This document shows, in pieces, positions 1-10,272 of a stretch of DNA of 64,000 nt. A program made the translations under genes and the position numbers. Position 1 is the first letter of the stretch. Every line of letters begins with the position of its first letter. The notes below the pieces were generated by a model, which ran no database searches, was not told the DNA's origin, and was given only the letters and a program-made list of their open reading frames with translations. Source of the stretch: an uncultured virus (IMG/VR IMGVR_UViG_3300027582_000004) (Duplodnaviria > Heunggongvirae > Uroviricota > Caudoviricetes); IMG/VR virus record IMGVR_UViG_3300027582_000004; one strand, written 5' to 3'.

Positions 1-195
1 ACACAAATAAAAAAGATAGTAGTAGGTACACCTATTAGACGGGTTGCATCTGGTTCTTTCAACGTAAATAATTTAGGTGGAATTGATACCACCGGAGCCA
101 TTACTGGCTCTGTTTTAGTTTATAATGCGGCAACCGGCAAATTTGAAGCCGAGCAAGAATTAGAAAATACTAACTTTAACGGAGGCCAATACTGA
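1..195 (+). CDS. 3' end of a virion structural/fibre-associated protein (partial)
   Basis: Open frame 1 ending ...ENTNFNGGQY*. Its TGA overlaps the next ATG (TGATG), and the C-terminal NGGxY matches the next gene's NGGTY. Confidence 0.6.
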   Translation, partial: TQIKKIVVGTPIRRVASGSFNVNNLGGIDTTGAITGSVLVYNAATGKFEAEQELENTNFNGGQY

Positions 196-1736
196 TGGCA
201 TCAATAATACGATTAAAACGCAGTGCTACGTCAGGAAATCCCTCTACGCTAGCCGCCGGCGAAATGGCATACTCATCCTTAGCAGATAACGGTTCCAATG
301 GTGGTGATCGTCTCTACTTTGGTCACGGGACAGAAACTGGCGGAGATGCTGCCAATCATGAAGTCATTGGTGGTAAGTTTTTTACACAGCAATTAGATCA
401 TGCTAAAGGTACTCTAACTGCTAACTCTGCATTACTTGTAGATGCAAACAAAAAGATTAACGAATTACTTGTTGACAATCTGACACTTGATGGTAATACC
501 ATTAGTGCAAATGATGCGAACGGCGATATCTTTATATCACCAAGTGGTACAGGTCAAGTTGTTATTAACTTTAGTAGAATTGAAGATGTTGCTACTCCGG
601 TAGATTCGGCTGATGCGGCGACTAAGGGCTATGTAGACTCATACAATCAGGCTGCTACTCTAACAGCTAAAGTTGGTAGTGATTCTGATACAATTAATTT
701 GGCTACTGGGTTACTAGAATTTGCCGGTGGTACAGGATTAACTGCTGCACTTACAAATGATAATATTACTTTTAATTTAGACAATACTGCAGTAACAGCT
801 GGATCATATGGTTCTGTTACTCAGATTCCAACATTCACAGTTGATGCTCAAGGTAGATTAACTACAGCTGGACAAGTTGCAATTTCTACAACACTTACAA
901 CAGCAGGTGATGCAACATCTGGTTCAGTTGCTCTAAACGGTGGTACATTAACATTTAGTGGTGGTGAAGGAATTGATATTGCTGCATCTGGATCTGGTAT
1001 CACAGTTGCTGCAGAAGTTGCTACAGATACAAACCTTGGTGTTGCTAGATTTGATGCTACAGACTTCGGTAATAATGCCGGTGCTATTACAGTTGCAACA
1101 ACAACTCTTGGTTCAACAGGACTAAATCCAGGTACTACAGTTACTGATCTTGCTGGGTTGACACAACTAGATGTTGATAATGTTAGATTAAATGGTAACG
1201 TCCTATCTACAACAGACTCTGATAATGCTCTTATGTGGCTTGATCCTGGTAACAACATGGCTGTTGCTGGTAAAGTTATTATCCGTGGTGATCTACAAGT
1301 AGACGGTACTCAAACAATCATTAACTCAACAACTATGACTGTTGATGATAAAACTATTGTTCTTGCTGACGGAGCGGCTGACTCAGCTGCTGCTACTGGA
1401 TCTGGTATTGAAGTATCTACAGCCGGTGCAAACATTCTATGGAATGCTGGTACAGATAACTGGGATTTCAATAGATCAATTAATCTTCCACAAGGTTTAG
1501 ACTTTAAGATTAATGGCGTTGGCTTTAATGAGCGTGTTGATGATAGATTAAATGATATGATTCAAGTGGGTGAAGGTTTAGACATCGCTTATGATGATAC
1601 AGCTAACACTTTAACATTCTCAGCTGAGATAGCATCTTCATCTAACTTAGGTGTTGCTAAGTTTAGCACTGACTTCTTTACAGTTGACGGAGCGGGTGAA
1701 GTTATCATCCATGAAGTTAATGGTGGAACATACTAA
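195..1736 (+). CDS. Tail fibre-like virion protein, 513 aa
   Basis: N-terminal IRLKRS..P..L..GE.A motif typical of marine T4-like fibre proteins; G/T/A/D-rich beta-type repeats. Confidence 0.7.
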   Translation: MASIIRLKRSATSGNPSTLAAGEMAYSSLADNGSNGGDRLYFGHGTETGGDAANHEVIGGKFFTQQLDHAKGTLTANSALLVDANKKINELLVDNLTLDGNTISANDANGDIFISPSGTGQVVINFSRIEDVATPVDSADAATKGYVDSYNQAATLTAKVGSDSDTINLATGLLEFAGGTGLTAALTNDNITFNLDNTAVTAGSYGSVTQIPTFTVDAQGRLTTAGQVAISTTLTTAGDATSGSVALNGGTLTFSGGEGIDIAASGSGITVAAEVATDTNLGVARFDATDFGNNAGAITVATTTLGSTGLNPGTTVTDLAGLTQLDVDNVRLNGNVLSTTDSDNALMWLDPGNNMAVAGKVIIRGDLQVDGTQTIINSTTMTVDDKTIVLADGAADSAAATGSGIEVSTAGANILWNAGTDNWDFNRSINLPQGLDFKINGVGFNERVDDRLNDMIQVGEGLDIAYDDTANTLTFSAEIASSSNLGVAKFSTDFFTVDGAGEVIIHEVNGGTY

Positions 1737-1798
1737 ATACATTTGACAATATCTTTCTGGGCTTTTTAGTTCGGTAATAAACTTTTTTAAGGGTCATT

Positions 1799-4111
1799 AT
1801 GGCAGTAAAATTAATTCATAAAAAGAGTTCTGTTGCGAACAGGGCTCCGGATAGTTCTGATTTAGAATACGGCGAATTAGCCGTAAACTATTTAGATGGT
1901 AACATCTACTATAAAGCTGCCAATAACTCTATTGCTAGATTTCTTGACTCCTCTGGTGTTCAACTTAAAATAAACCAAACCGTTGCAGGAATCACACCTA
2001 GTGCCAGAACTGCCATCTCAGTAACCGATAACGGTGGAGATGGTTCCCTTGGTTATAACAATACCTCAGGTGTTATTACATACCAAGGACCTGTAAAAGC
2101 AGATGTTCTTGCTCACCTATCGGCTGGAGGAGATTTATCCTTTAACAGCACTACAGGTCAATTCAGTGTAACCACATATAAAGATGCCGATTTTGATACA
2201 CGTTTAGCTACAAAGTCGACAGCTAATCTTGCCGAAGGTTCTAATCTATACTATACTGGTGCCAGAACTGATAGTGACTTTGATGTAAGACTTGCTATTA
2301 AGAGCACGGATAATCTTGCCGAAGGTTCTAATCTATACTATACTAATGCAAGAGCAGATGCTCGAGTAGTTGCAGTTATGGATAGTGATAGGCTAGACTT
2401 ACTAGCTAAAGATTATGCCACAATAACTGGCACGCAAACTCTTACAAATAAAACTATTACAGCACCTAATATCAGCTCTCCTATATTTAAAGATAGTGCT
2501 GGTAACCAATCTACAATGCATATGCATGAGTATTCTGGTATATCATTTAATACAGCAGCATCGTTTGGTGACTCTAATCATACTGTATATCACTTTGGTG
2601 GTGACTCATCCAGAGATACTATTGTTTCTATTGGTAAAAACGATCAGTTCAATCATGCGATTGGTATATCTGGTATACAAGGCGCTAATGACTTTGTTAT
2701 TGGTTATGAAGGTAATACAACAAACTTTAAAATTAAAAGAGATATTGGTGCCAACTACGATCTTTCAACTGGTACTACACTATTCTCTGTTGACTCGACA
2801 GGTATTGTTGATATTCCATCAAACATAGCATCTACTAACAAAACAACTGGTGCTTTGGTTGTTGCTGGTGGTCTTGGTGTATCCGGTGATATCCGTGCTT
2901 CTGATATTACTACATCTGGTAACGTACAGGCTCAAGGAGTATTTCTTGGTAATCTAACAGGTCAAGTTTCTACATTATCAAATCATAACACTGGTGGTCT
3001 TTCAGAAGGTACAAATAAGTATTATACAGCTACAAGAGTTGATAGTGATTTTGATGCTAGATTAGCAACAAAGAACACAGGCAGCCTAACCGAAGGTGGC
3101 AATCTTTACTATACTACAGCAAGAGCAGATTCAGATGCAAAGAATGCAATCACTATAACTGATGCTGGTGGTGATGGTTCTCTTAGTTATAATGCTTCTA
3201 ATGGTACAATTACATATCAAGGACCTGTTGCATCAGACACAAGGGCTCACTTCTCAGGTGGCACTGGTGTTACTATTAGCAGTGGTTCTATTGCTATTGG
3301 TCAGGATGTTAGTACATCATCGGTAGTTACTTTTGCTGGCGGATCAACTATCTCTGGTAACCTTAACGTATCTGGCGACCTTGTTGTTGGTGGTGATCAG
3401 ATTAACAATCAGGTAACTGATCTTAGAGTTACCAATGCAATGATTAAACTTGCCGACTCCAACTCAACAGATGCTGTTGATATTGGTCTTGTTGGTAGAT
3501 ATTCTGATGATGGTGGATCAACTATCAGACGAGCTGGATTTATTAGAGATGCATCTAATGGTGAGTTCTATGCTTTCCAAAATCTTATACAAGATGGGTT
3601 AGATTCATCAACAGCTGATCAAACTATTAACGTAGGTCACAGTAGTTTTGAATTAGGTACTTGGAACTTTGGAGCACTTAGAGGTTCATATCTAGGATTT
3701 GACTCCGACTTCTCTGCTTTCCAATCAGATTACAAAGTAAAGACAGCTAACTACACTGCGGTAGCAGGAGATAGATTAGCAATTGATACTTCTGGTGGAG
3801 CATTTACTGTAACTCTTCCTGCTAGCCCTGCAACAGGTAATACAATTCACTTTATAGATATAGCTAATTGGAATGCAACAAACTACTTAGATGTTGCACG
3901 AAATGGGCAGACAATTGAAGGGAATGCAGATAACTTCCGACTTGACCTTGGTCAGAACACCGTCGATTTTATCTTTATAAATAACACATGGAACGTATTT
4001 GCGGCTATTGGACAAAGAGGACCAACTGGTCTTCAAGGTACCGCTGGAGTAAATGCAGATTCCGATACACTTAATCAAAATGCGATAGCATACGCAATAG
4101 CTTTAGGATAG
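1799..4111 (+). CDS. Tail fibre-like virion protein with internal repeats, 770 aa
   Basis: Same N-terminal type (KKSSV..RAP...LEYGELAVN); four T.xL.EG.N.YYT..R repeats; TGTQTLTNKT motif. Confidence 0.7.
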   Translation: MAVKLIHKKSSVANRAPDSSDLEYGELAVNYLDGNIYYKAANNSIARFLDSSGVQLKINQTVAGITPSARTAISVTDNGGDGSLGYNNTSGVITYQGPVKADVLAHLSAGGDLSFNSTTGQFSVTTYKDADFDTRLATKSTANLAEGSNLYYTGARTDSDFDVRLAIKSTDNLAEGSNLYYTNARADARVVAVMDSDRLDLLAKDYATITGTQTLTNKTITAPNISSPIFKDSAGNQSTMHMHEYSGISFNTAASFGDSNHTVYHFGGDSSRDTIVSIGKNDQFNHAIGISGIQGANDFVIGYEGNTTNFKIKRDIGANYDLSTGTTLFSVDSTGIVDIPSNIASTNKTTGALVVAGGLGVSGDIRASDITTSGNVQAQGVFLGNLTGQVSTLSNHNTGGLSEGTNKYYTATRVDSDFDARLATKNTGSLTEGGNLYYTTARADSDAKNAITITDAGGDGSLSYNASNGTITYQGPVASDTRAHFSGGTGVTISSGSIAIGQDVSTSSVVTFAGGSTISGNLNVSGDLVVGGDQINNQVTDLRVTNAMIKLADSNSTDAVDIGLVGRYSDDGGSTIRRAGFIRDASNGEFYAFQNLIQDGLDSSTADQTINVGHSSFELGTWNFGALRGSYLGFDSDFSAFQSDYKVKTANYTAVAGDRLAIDTSGGAFTVTLPASPATGNTIHFIDIANWNATNYLDVARNGQTIEGNADNFRLDLGQNTVDFIFINNTWNVFAAIGQRGPTGLQGTAGVNADSDTLNQNAIAYAIALG

Positions 4112-4114
4112 ACA

Positions 4115-7063
4115 ATGGGAAAACAATTAATTCGTGATTATGTATTTACACCTGGAGGTGCCGGAGCCGGTACTATTCAAATACCAGGTGGTTATACTTT
4201 GGACCAATTCCTAATCATCACTAATGTAACCGATAATGTGATTATTTACAACTTCGGTGGAGCTGATCATGCCGGCACAACTGCTGTAGTCACTACAGAA
4301 AACACTGGCGACGGTGGTAACTGGCCTACAGTTATATCAAGAGACAATGGATATACAACACTTACATTAGCTAAATCTACCTCAGGTATGTCAGCATCAG
4401 ATATTCTGCAAATCTTTGTAGAAGATCCACAAGGTGATACAACTGTCAGACCTTATGCATTTGGTACAGATGCTATTGAGCGTATGAGAGTATCCTTACC
4501 AGAGTCAATGATTGATGCTGACTTTGAGTATGGATTGCAGCCTACTAAATGGGCTGGCTATGGTACTGTTAAAGGATATCCATCTGTTTATCAAAACGAA
4601 GGTGTTGATATTGAAACTACAGCCGTAACTACAAATTACAATACAGGTTCTGCTACAAACTCATTAATTGAAGTCACATTTGGATCGGCACATGGCTTGG
4701 CTGTCGGAGATGTTGTTAACGTATCAGGGCTAGATGCTGGTGTTGCAGGCTTCTCACGGGGTGATGGTTCATTCCTTGTTGAGACAGTTGTTAATACTAC
4801 AAGAATTAAATACTATGCACGAGGTATTGTTGGTACATCAAACGGACAATCATTACACACTGAAGAGACACTAACAAGAGGTGGCGGTATTTATGCAGGT
4901 GCTTCTATTCCAGTTTCTTCTGCTACATCTAATGGTGCTAACCCAAGTGTAATTACTCTAAACTTTACTAACCCTCACGGGCTTATTCCAGGCACAAACA
5001 TTCACGTTGAGACTGGTGGCGGTACTAATAGAGACTATTCATCAGGACCTTTCTTTATTAAATCAACTCCATCACTTACATCTCTCACATTTAGTGCTAG
5101 ATCAGGTGCGGTAGTAAGTAATCCTAGTTCTATAACACTATATGCTCTTTCTAACGCTACTATTCTACATAGACCAGCAGATGGTGGAGTTATTCTACAA
5201 ACAAAGACACCAACATATGCGGCTTCTGTTGTACGTGTTAGTAAAAGGTATTTTAGGTATCAGTCTGGTAAAGGCTTCCTATTCTCAACTGGTACACTCT
5301 TTGCTCCTAACTATGATGTTAGAACTATATCTGCAGCTGGTACTTCTGTTGGATCTCTTATCACAATCGGTACTGATGAGATCGACCACGGACTACAACC
5401 TGGTGCTAAAGTTAGATTAGAAGGTATTGAGACATCTGGATATGAAGGAACATATACAGTTGATTCTATCGTAGATGACTATGTATATAAAGTAGCGGCA
5501 ACTCAAACTCTAGGAGCAACAGATCCAGTACTCAAAAGAGTATGTACGATGTATGTTACTGAGTGGCGTGGTGCAGCTGTTCGTGCAGGTATGTTTGATG
5601 ACGTTAACGGAATCTTTTATGAGTGGGATGGTAAACAACTATATGCTTGTAGACGTACATCAACTCAACAGATTACTGGTACAATTGGTGTTACTGCTAA
5701 CGGTAGTGAAGTCACAGGATCTAATACAAGACTTACAGAACAGTGTAAAGCTGGAGATAGAATTTCTATCCGTGGTATGATTCACTTTGTGACTCAAGTT
5801 GCTTCTGATACTTCTATGTTTGTGACACCTGACTATCGTGGTATTACAGCCTCTGGTATTAAAGGTAACCTTATTACAGATATTAAAATACCACAGTCAC
5901 GTTGGAATTTGGATACAATGGATGGCACAGGAACACATAACCCATCTCATCATAACTTAGATGTTAACAAAATGCAGATGGTTGGTTTCCAATACTCATG
6001 GTATGGAGCTGGATTCATTGACTTTATGATTCGTGGACCAGATGGTCATTGGACTATGGTTCACAGAATGAAAAACAACAACATTAATAATGAAGCATTT
6101 ATGCGGTCTGGTAACCTTCCAGTGAGATACTCTATTGAGAATGACTCACCAATTACACACCTAACTCAAACAATCAATGCATCTACTACAACTATTGCAG
6201 CTGCTGATCTAGGCGAGTTTGATGATGCTGGTACTATTATGATTGATAATGAAATTATCTCATATACAGGTAGGTCAACAACTTTAGGACCAGGCAACTT
6301 TACAGGATGTACAAGATCAGCTACACTTACTCAGTATCAGCAAGGTACTACAAATAACCTTACAGCTGGTGCGGCTGCTACACATAGTAATAAGACAGGT
6401 ATCATTGAGATTTCAAACACTTGTTCTCCAACACTATCCCACTGGGGATCTGCCCTAGTTATTGATGGAGACTTTGACTTCGACCGTGGTTATATCTTCA
6501 ACTATTCTAACTCACATAACTCTGGTTTAGACCAAATCGTCACAACTCCTATCACATCCTTTGTGCTTAGACTTGCACCTTCTGTATCTAACTCATCAGT
6601 TGGTAGACTTGGAGCCAAGGATCTTCTTAACAGATCACAGCTACTACTTAAAGAATGTGCTGTTGTGTGTGGGCGTGGTTCATCATCATCCGGTGAGGTT
6701 CATATTCAAGGGATTATTAATCCTAAGAACTTCCAAGATGCTACATGGAAATCACTTTCAGGTTCTGCAGAGGGTGGACAGCCTAGCTTTGCTCAAGTTG
6801 CAAATAAAGGTGATATTACATGGTCTAGTGGATCGTATGCGCAACCAGGAGAACGTATCTTCTCATTCGTTGCTGGTACAAGTAGACAAGACTCTGTTGT
6901 TACTACTGCTGATATTGATCAGCTTAAAGAATTATCAGGTGCTCCTCTCGGAGGAGATTATAAATTCCCAGATGGCCCAGACATCTTGGCAGTGAATGCA
7001 TTCTGTTTATCTGGTGATGTTAAAGCGTCTATTCAGCTTCGTTGGTCTGAAGCACAGGCTTAA
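4115..7063 (+). CDS. Large virion structural protein, 982 aa
   Basis: Long T/G/S-rich ORF in the fibre operon; resembles structural proteins of marine T4-like phages (recognised by eye only). Confidence 0.6.
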   Translation: MGKQLIRDYVFTPGGAGAGTIQIPGGYTLDQFLIITNVTDNVIIYNFGGADHAGTTAVVTTENTGDGGNWPTVISRDNGYTTLTLAKSTSGMSASDILQIFVEDPQGDTTVRPYAFGTDAIERMRVSLPESMIDADFEYGLQPTKWAGYGTVKGYPSVYQNEGVDIETTAVTTNYNTGSATNSLIEVTFGSAHGLAVGDVVNVSGLDAGVAGFSRGDGSFLVETVVNTTRIKYYARGIVGTSNGQSLHTEETLTRGGGIYAGASIPVSSATSNGANPSVITLNFTNPHGLIPGTNIHVETGGGTNRDYSSGPFFIKSTPSLTSLTFSARSGAVVSNPSSITLYALSNATILHRPADGGVILQTKTPTYAASVVRVSKRYFRYQSGKGFLFSTGTLFAPNYDVRTISAAGTSVGSLITIGTDEIDHGLQPGAKVRLEGIETSGYEGTYTVDSIVDDYVYKVAATQTLGATDPVLKRVCTMYVTEWRGAAVRAGMFDDVNGIFYEWDGKQLYACRRTSTQQITGTIGVTANGSEVTGSNTRLTEQCKAGDRISIRGMIHFVTQVASDTSMFVTPDYRGITASGIKGNLITDIKIPQSRWNLDTMDGTGTHNPSHHNLDVNKMQMVGFQYSWYGAGFIDFMIRGPDGHWTMVHRMKNNNINNEAFMRSGNLPVRYSIENDSPITHLTQTINASTTTIAAADLGEFDDAGTIMIDNEIISYTGRSTTLGPGNFTGCTRSATLTQYQQGTTNNLTAGAAATHSNKTGIIEISNTCSPTLSHWGSALVIDGDFDFDRGYIFNYSNSHNSGLDQIVTTPITSFVLRLAPSVSNSSVGRLGAKDLLNRSQLLLKECAVVCGRGSSSSGEVHIQGIINPKNFQDATWKSLSGSAEGGQPSFAQVANKGDITWSSGSYAQPGERIFSFVAGTSRQDSVVTTADIDQLKELSGAPLGGDYKFPDGPDILAVNAFCLSGDVKASIQLRWSEAQA

Positions 7064-7079
7064 TAGGAAATAAAAAGTA

Positions 7080-8780
7080 ATGGTACAAAAGCTAAGTGAT
7101 CATCTAAATATCAGCCTAGGGTTAGCAGCACAAACTGACTCAGCAGATGTTCTTCAGATTATTAGAGAAACAAATATTGCTATGGACTCTGGTACCATGG
7201 GCGATTTTGTTGGGACTATTGCTCCTAAAGGATCTGATGCTGGCATTGTGGTTCTTAACTCTGGTACTAATGATGCAGATGTTCAACTTAGATTAGACTC
7301 AGACTATGCGGCTACATTAACGGGAACACAAACCCTTACCAACAAAACTATTAACCTTTCAAACAATAGTTTGACTGGTACTATTGGTCAGTGGAATGCA
7401 GCTCTTAGTGGCGGTAACTCTTTTGCATCATTAACTGGTACAGAAACACTTACTAATAAAACCTTAACTTCTCCTGTTATTAACACAGTTGATATTAACT
7501 CTGGTGCAATTAATGATATTAGTACATTCTCACTTAGAGATGTTACTGAGGCAAGTTATGAATTATTATTTGCAGCCAACAGTTCAGTTAACGCAAGTGC
7601 TGATAGAACATTAACCTTTGATGTAAAAAATGCTAATAGAACTTTAAGTCTGTTAGGTAACTTAACCCTTGGTGGTTCTCTTACTACATCTGGTGCACAC
7701 GCAACTACCTTTACTACAAGCGGAACAACTGGGCTTACACTACCAACATCTGGTACTCTTGTATCAAAAGATGGTTCTAATAATGTAAGTGGTATTAATA
7801 ATATTACAGTTACTGGTACTGTTGATGGTAGAGATGTTTCAACAGATGGTGGTAAGCTTGATAACATTGAAGCTAGTGCTGACGTTACTGATGCAACTAA
7901 TGTTGGATCTGCCTTATCAGCATTCTCAACAGGTGCTGATGCCGTAAGTACTGACCTTATACCAGTATATGACGCTTCAGCAGGTACATGGGAAAAGCAT
8001 ACGATTGCCAATGCAGCCTTAGCTGGTGATAAAGGTCAAAAGGGTGCTGCAGGTGCAGGCGGAGATGCTGGTGCTGCTGGTGCAAAAGGTCAAAAAGGTG
8101 CAGCTGGTACAATTGGTGTTGACGGTGCTAAAGGTCAAAAAGGTGAAGTTGGATCTGCTGGTGCTAAAGGCCAAAAAGGTGAAACTGGTGCTAAAGGCCA
8201 AAAAGGTCAAAAAGGTGAAGTTGGTGCTGGAGGCTCTACCGGAGCTAAAGGCCAAAAAGGTGAAAGCGGAGTAGGTGCTGACGGTGCTAAAGGCCAAAAG
8301 GGTCAAAAAGGTGAAGTTGGTGGTACTGGTTCAAAAGGACAAAAAGGTGACACTGGAGGTCAAGGACAAAAGGGTGAAGGTAACGAGGCTATTACAAGCG
8401 TAACTGCTCCATCAGGTGCAGTAGATGGAGACTTGTGGTGGGATGAGGAAACTGGATCTTTATATATTTACTATAATGATGGCTCTTCAAGTCAGTGGGT
8501 TCAGTTTAATAACTCGGTTGTTCCAGACGGATCTATAACAACAGCTAAGATTGCAGGCGATGCAATTAACGGATCAAAGATTGCCAATGATGTAATTAAC
8601 TCAGAACACTATGCAGCAGGATCTATAGATGCAGAACATTTAGCATCTAATTCCGTAACCCAAGTTAAACTAGCAGATGATGCCGTAGGCTCAAATGAAT
8701 TGAAATCTGTCGTATCCTTTGTAGTGTATAACTCATCAGGTACAGCACTCAAAACTATATACGGCGCAGGAGGCGCATAA
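7080..8780 (+). CDS. Collagen-repeat tail fibre protein, 566 aa
   Basis: TLTNKT repeats; Gly-X-Y tract at about 8025-8381; GDLWWD...LYIYY..QWV fibre module. Confidence 0.8.
   Translation: MVQKLSDHLNISLGLAAQTDSADVLQIIRETNIAMDSGTMGDFVGTIAPKGSDAGIVVLNSGTNDADVQLRLDSDYAATLTGTQTLTNKTINLSNNSLTGTIGQWNAALSGGNSFASLTGTETLTNKTLTSPVINTVDINSGAINDISTFSLRDVTEASYELLFAANSSVNASADRTLTFDVKNANRTLSLLGNLTLGGSLTTSGAHATTFTTSGTTGLTLPTSGTLVSKDGSNNVSGINNITVTGTVDGRDVSTDGGKLDNIEASADVTDATNVGSALSAFSTGADAVSTDLIPVYDASAGTWEKHTIANAALAGDKGQKGAAGAGGDAGAAGAKGQKGAAGTIGVDGAKGQKGEVGSAGAKGQKGETGAKGQKGQKGEVGAGGSTGAKGQKGESGVGADGAKGQKGQKGEVGGTGSKGQKGDTGGQGQKGEGNEAITSVTAPSGAVDGDLWWDEETGSLYIYYNDGSSSQWVQFNNSVVPDGSITTAKIAGDAINGSKIANDVINSEHYAAGSIDAEHLASNSVTQVKLADDAVGSNELKSVVSFVVYNSSGTALKTIYGAGGA
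8025..8381 (+). repeat. Collagen-like Gly-X-Y tract (GAKGQKGE units)
   Basis: Recurrent ggtgctaaaggccaaaaaggtgaa DNA units; no Pro; one register break (GESGVGADG). Confidence 0.9.
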
Positions 8781-8782
8781 AC

Positions 8783-9850
8783 ATGGCGGCAATTAATTTC
8801 CCATCATCGCCATCAAACGGCGCAACACATACTGCTAACAACATAACGTGGCAATATGATAGTGGTAAAGGTGTATGGAGAGCTACCAATTTTGGAGATG
8901 CTCCTCAGGGTAACAAAGGCCAAAAAGGCGAGAAAGGCCAGAAGGGCCAAAAAGGCGAAGTTGGACAAAAAGGTCAAAAAGGTCAGACTGGTAACACTGG
9001 TAGCACTGGTAGCACTGGTGCTAAAGGCCAAAAAGGTGAAGTCGGTAACACTGGTTCAACTGGTTCTAAAGGCCAAAAAGGTGAGATTGGTGCCACTGGT
9101 GCTAAAGGCCAAAAAGGACAAAAAGGTGATACTGGGTCAACTGGTCAAAAAGGTCAAAAAGGTGCTACTGGTAACACTGGTAGCACTGGTAGCACTGGGT
9201 CAACTGGTTCAACTGGTTCTAAAGGCCAAAAAGGTGAGATTGGTGTCTTTGGTGGTGGTACTATTGATATCACTAACGGTGGTGTTTTCTCTAATGCTTC
9301 ATCTAACTGGACTGGTGACCCAGGCACAAAAGGTAAAATTCAATATCACTCAAATAGATGGTACATTGTTGCAGACCAATCTTCAAACAGAATTGTTCAG
9401 TTTAGAAGAAATGGCTCCGATGTATCATATGTTGATAACTCAGGTATCTATCAAGGTACTGCAGCATCTGCTAACTGGTCTGACCTTGCGGAGAAATACT
9501 TAGCTGATACAGAATATGAACCAGGTGATCTATTAGGCATTGGTGGTGACAAAGAGGTTACCAAATGGGAGACTGGTATGCCGATTGCAGGAGTTATATC
9601 TACACTACCTGGGCTTAGAATGAATGTATCAGAAGAAAATATGGAAGATCCTCTGTGGCCATTCATTGCTCTTAAAGGACGTATCCCTTGTAAGATAAAT
9701 GGTACTGCTGAAAAAGGTGACTATATAGTAGCAGATGGTGCTGGTAAGTGTAAAGCAATCCCTGCTTCAAGAGCTTCCGAAATACATTTCTTACATTATG
9801 TTGGTGTGGCACTAGAGGATGGCGAGGGAACAGTTGAGGTTAAAGTATAA
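8783..9850 (+). CDS. Collagen-repeat fibre protein with putative C-terminal intramolecular chaperone, 355 aa
   Basis: N-terminal INFPSSP...WQYD..KGVW; Gly-X-Y tract; C-terminal WSDLAEKY...GVIST.PG...ALKGRIPCK of the fibre autochaperone type. Confidence 0.75.
   Translation: MAAINFPSSPSNGATHTANNITWQYDSGKGVWRATNFGDAPQGNKGQKGEKGQKGQKGEVGQKGQKGQTGNTGSTGSTGAKGQKGEVGNTGSTGSKGQKGEIGATGAKGQKGQKGDTGSTGQKGQKGATGNTGSTGSTGSTGSTGSKGQKGEIGVFGGGTIDITNGGVFSNASSNWTGDPGTKGKIQYHSNRWYIVADQSSNRIVQFRRNGSDVSYVDNSGIYQGTAASANWSDLAEKYLADTEYEPGDLLGIGGDKEVTKWETGMPIAGVISTLPGLRMNVSEENMEDPLWPFIALKGRIPCKINGTAEKGDYIVADGAGKCKAIPASRASEIHFLHYVGVALEDGEGTVEVKV
8909..9244 (+). repeat. Collagen-like Gly-X-Y tract (GQK/GST/GNT units)
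   Basis: Uninterrupted triplets; Y position almost always Lys or Thr; no Pro. Confidence 0.9.
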
Positions 9851-10272
9851 TGCCAACATATGCACAAAATAATAGTAGTTTGCAATCACAGGCAGGTGGC
9901 CAGTTAAGAACCTTTGATAAGACAGTCAACTTTAATGTAACAGCTTATATACTTCAAAGCCCAGGAGGTTCGAATCTGTATCCAGGTGGTACATCATACC
10001 CTTCAGGATTTACCGGTGTGACAGCAACTCAAGCTATAGGTGAACGATTTGAATATACAGGCGCTGCTAATTCATTATATAACAATTACTTAAACGGTAA
10101 TATCTATACAGGTTCGCGTATGTATTCACAGCACGTTATTAATTCAATAACCGATACTATGCAAAGAACAGTTGATCAGATAGAAGGTAGAATAACAAAT
10201 AGAAGTATTAATGGTGTGCTTTGCCATAACTCTTGTCATTCAAGTTGCCATACTTCAAGAGGACGTAGGTAA
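9850..10272 (+). CDS. Putative radical SAM substrate/precursor A, 140 aa, C-terminus CHNSCHSSCHTSRGRR
   Basis: Triple Cys-His-Xaa-Ser repeat at the C-terminus; paralog of the next gene; directly upstream of the rSAM array; TAATG coupling on both sides. Confidence 0.7.
   Translation: MPTYAQNNSSLQSQAGGQLRTFDKTVNFNVTAYILQSPGGSNLYPGGTSYPSGFTGVTATQAIGERFEYTGAANSLYNNYLNGNIYTGSRMYSQHVINSITDTMQRTVDQIEGRITNRSINGVLCHNSCHSSCHTSRGRR

Noticed and set aside
8025..9244. Short DNA repeats with variable intervening sequence resembling a CRISPR array
   Set aside because: The repeats are in-frame collagen codons with irregular spacing in multiples of three; no cas genes or leader.
8019..9503. Alternative-frame ORFs (8026-8274, 8856-9503, 8019-8306, 8813-9031) with VKKVK or TFLAF repeats
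   Set aside because: They are shadows of the collagen codon repeats; the Gly-X-Y frame is the coherent one.
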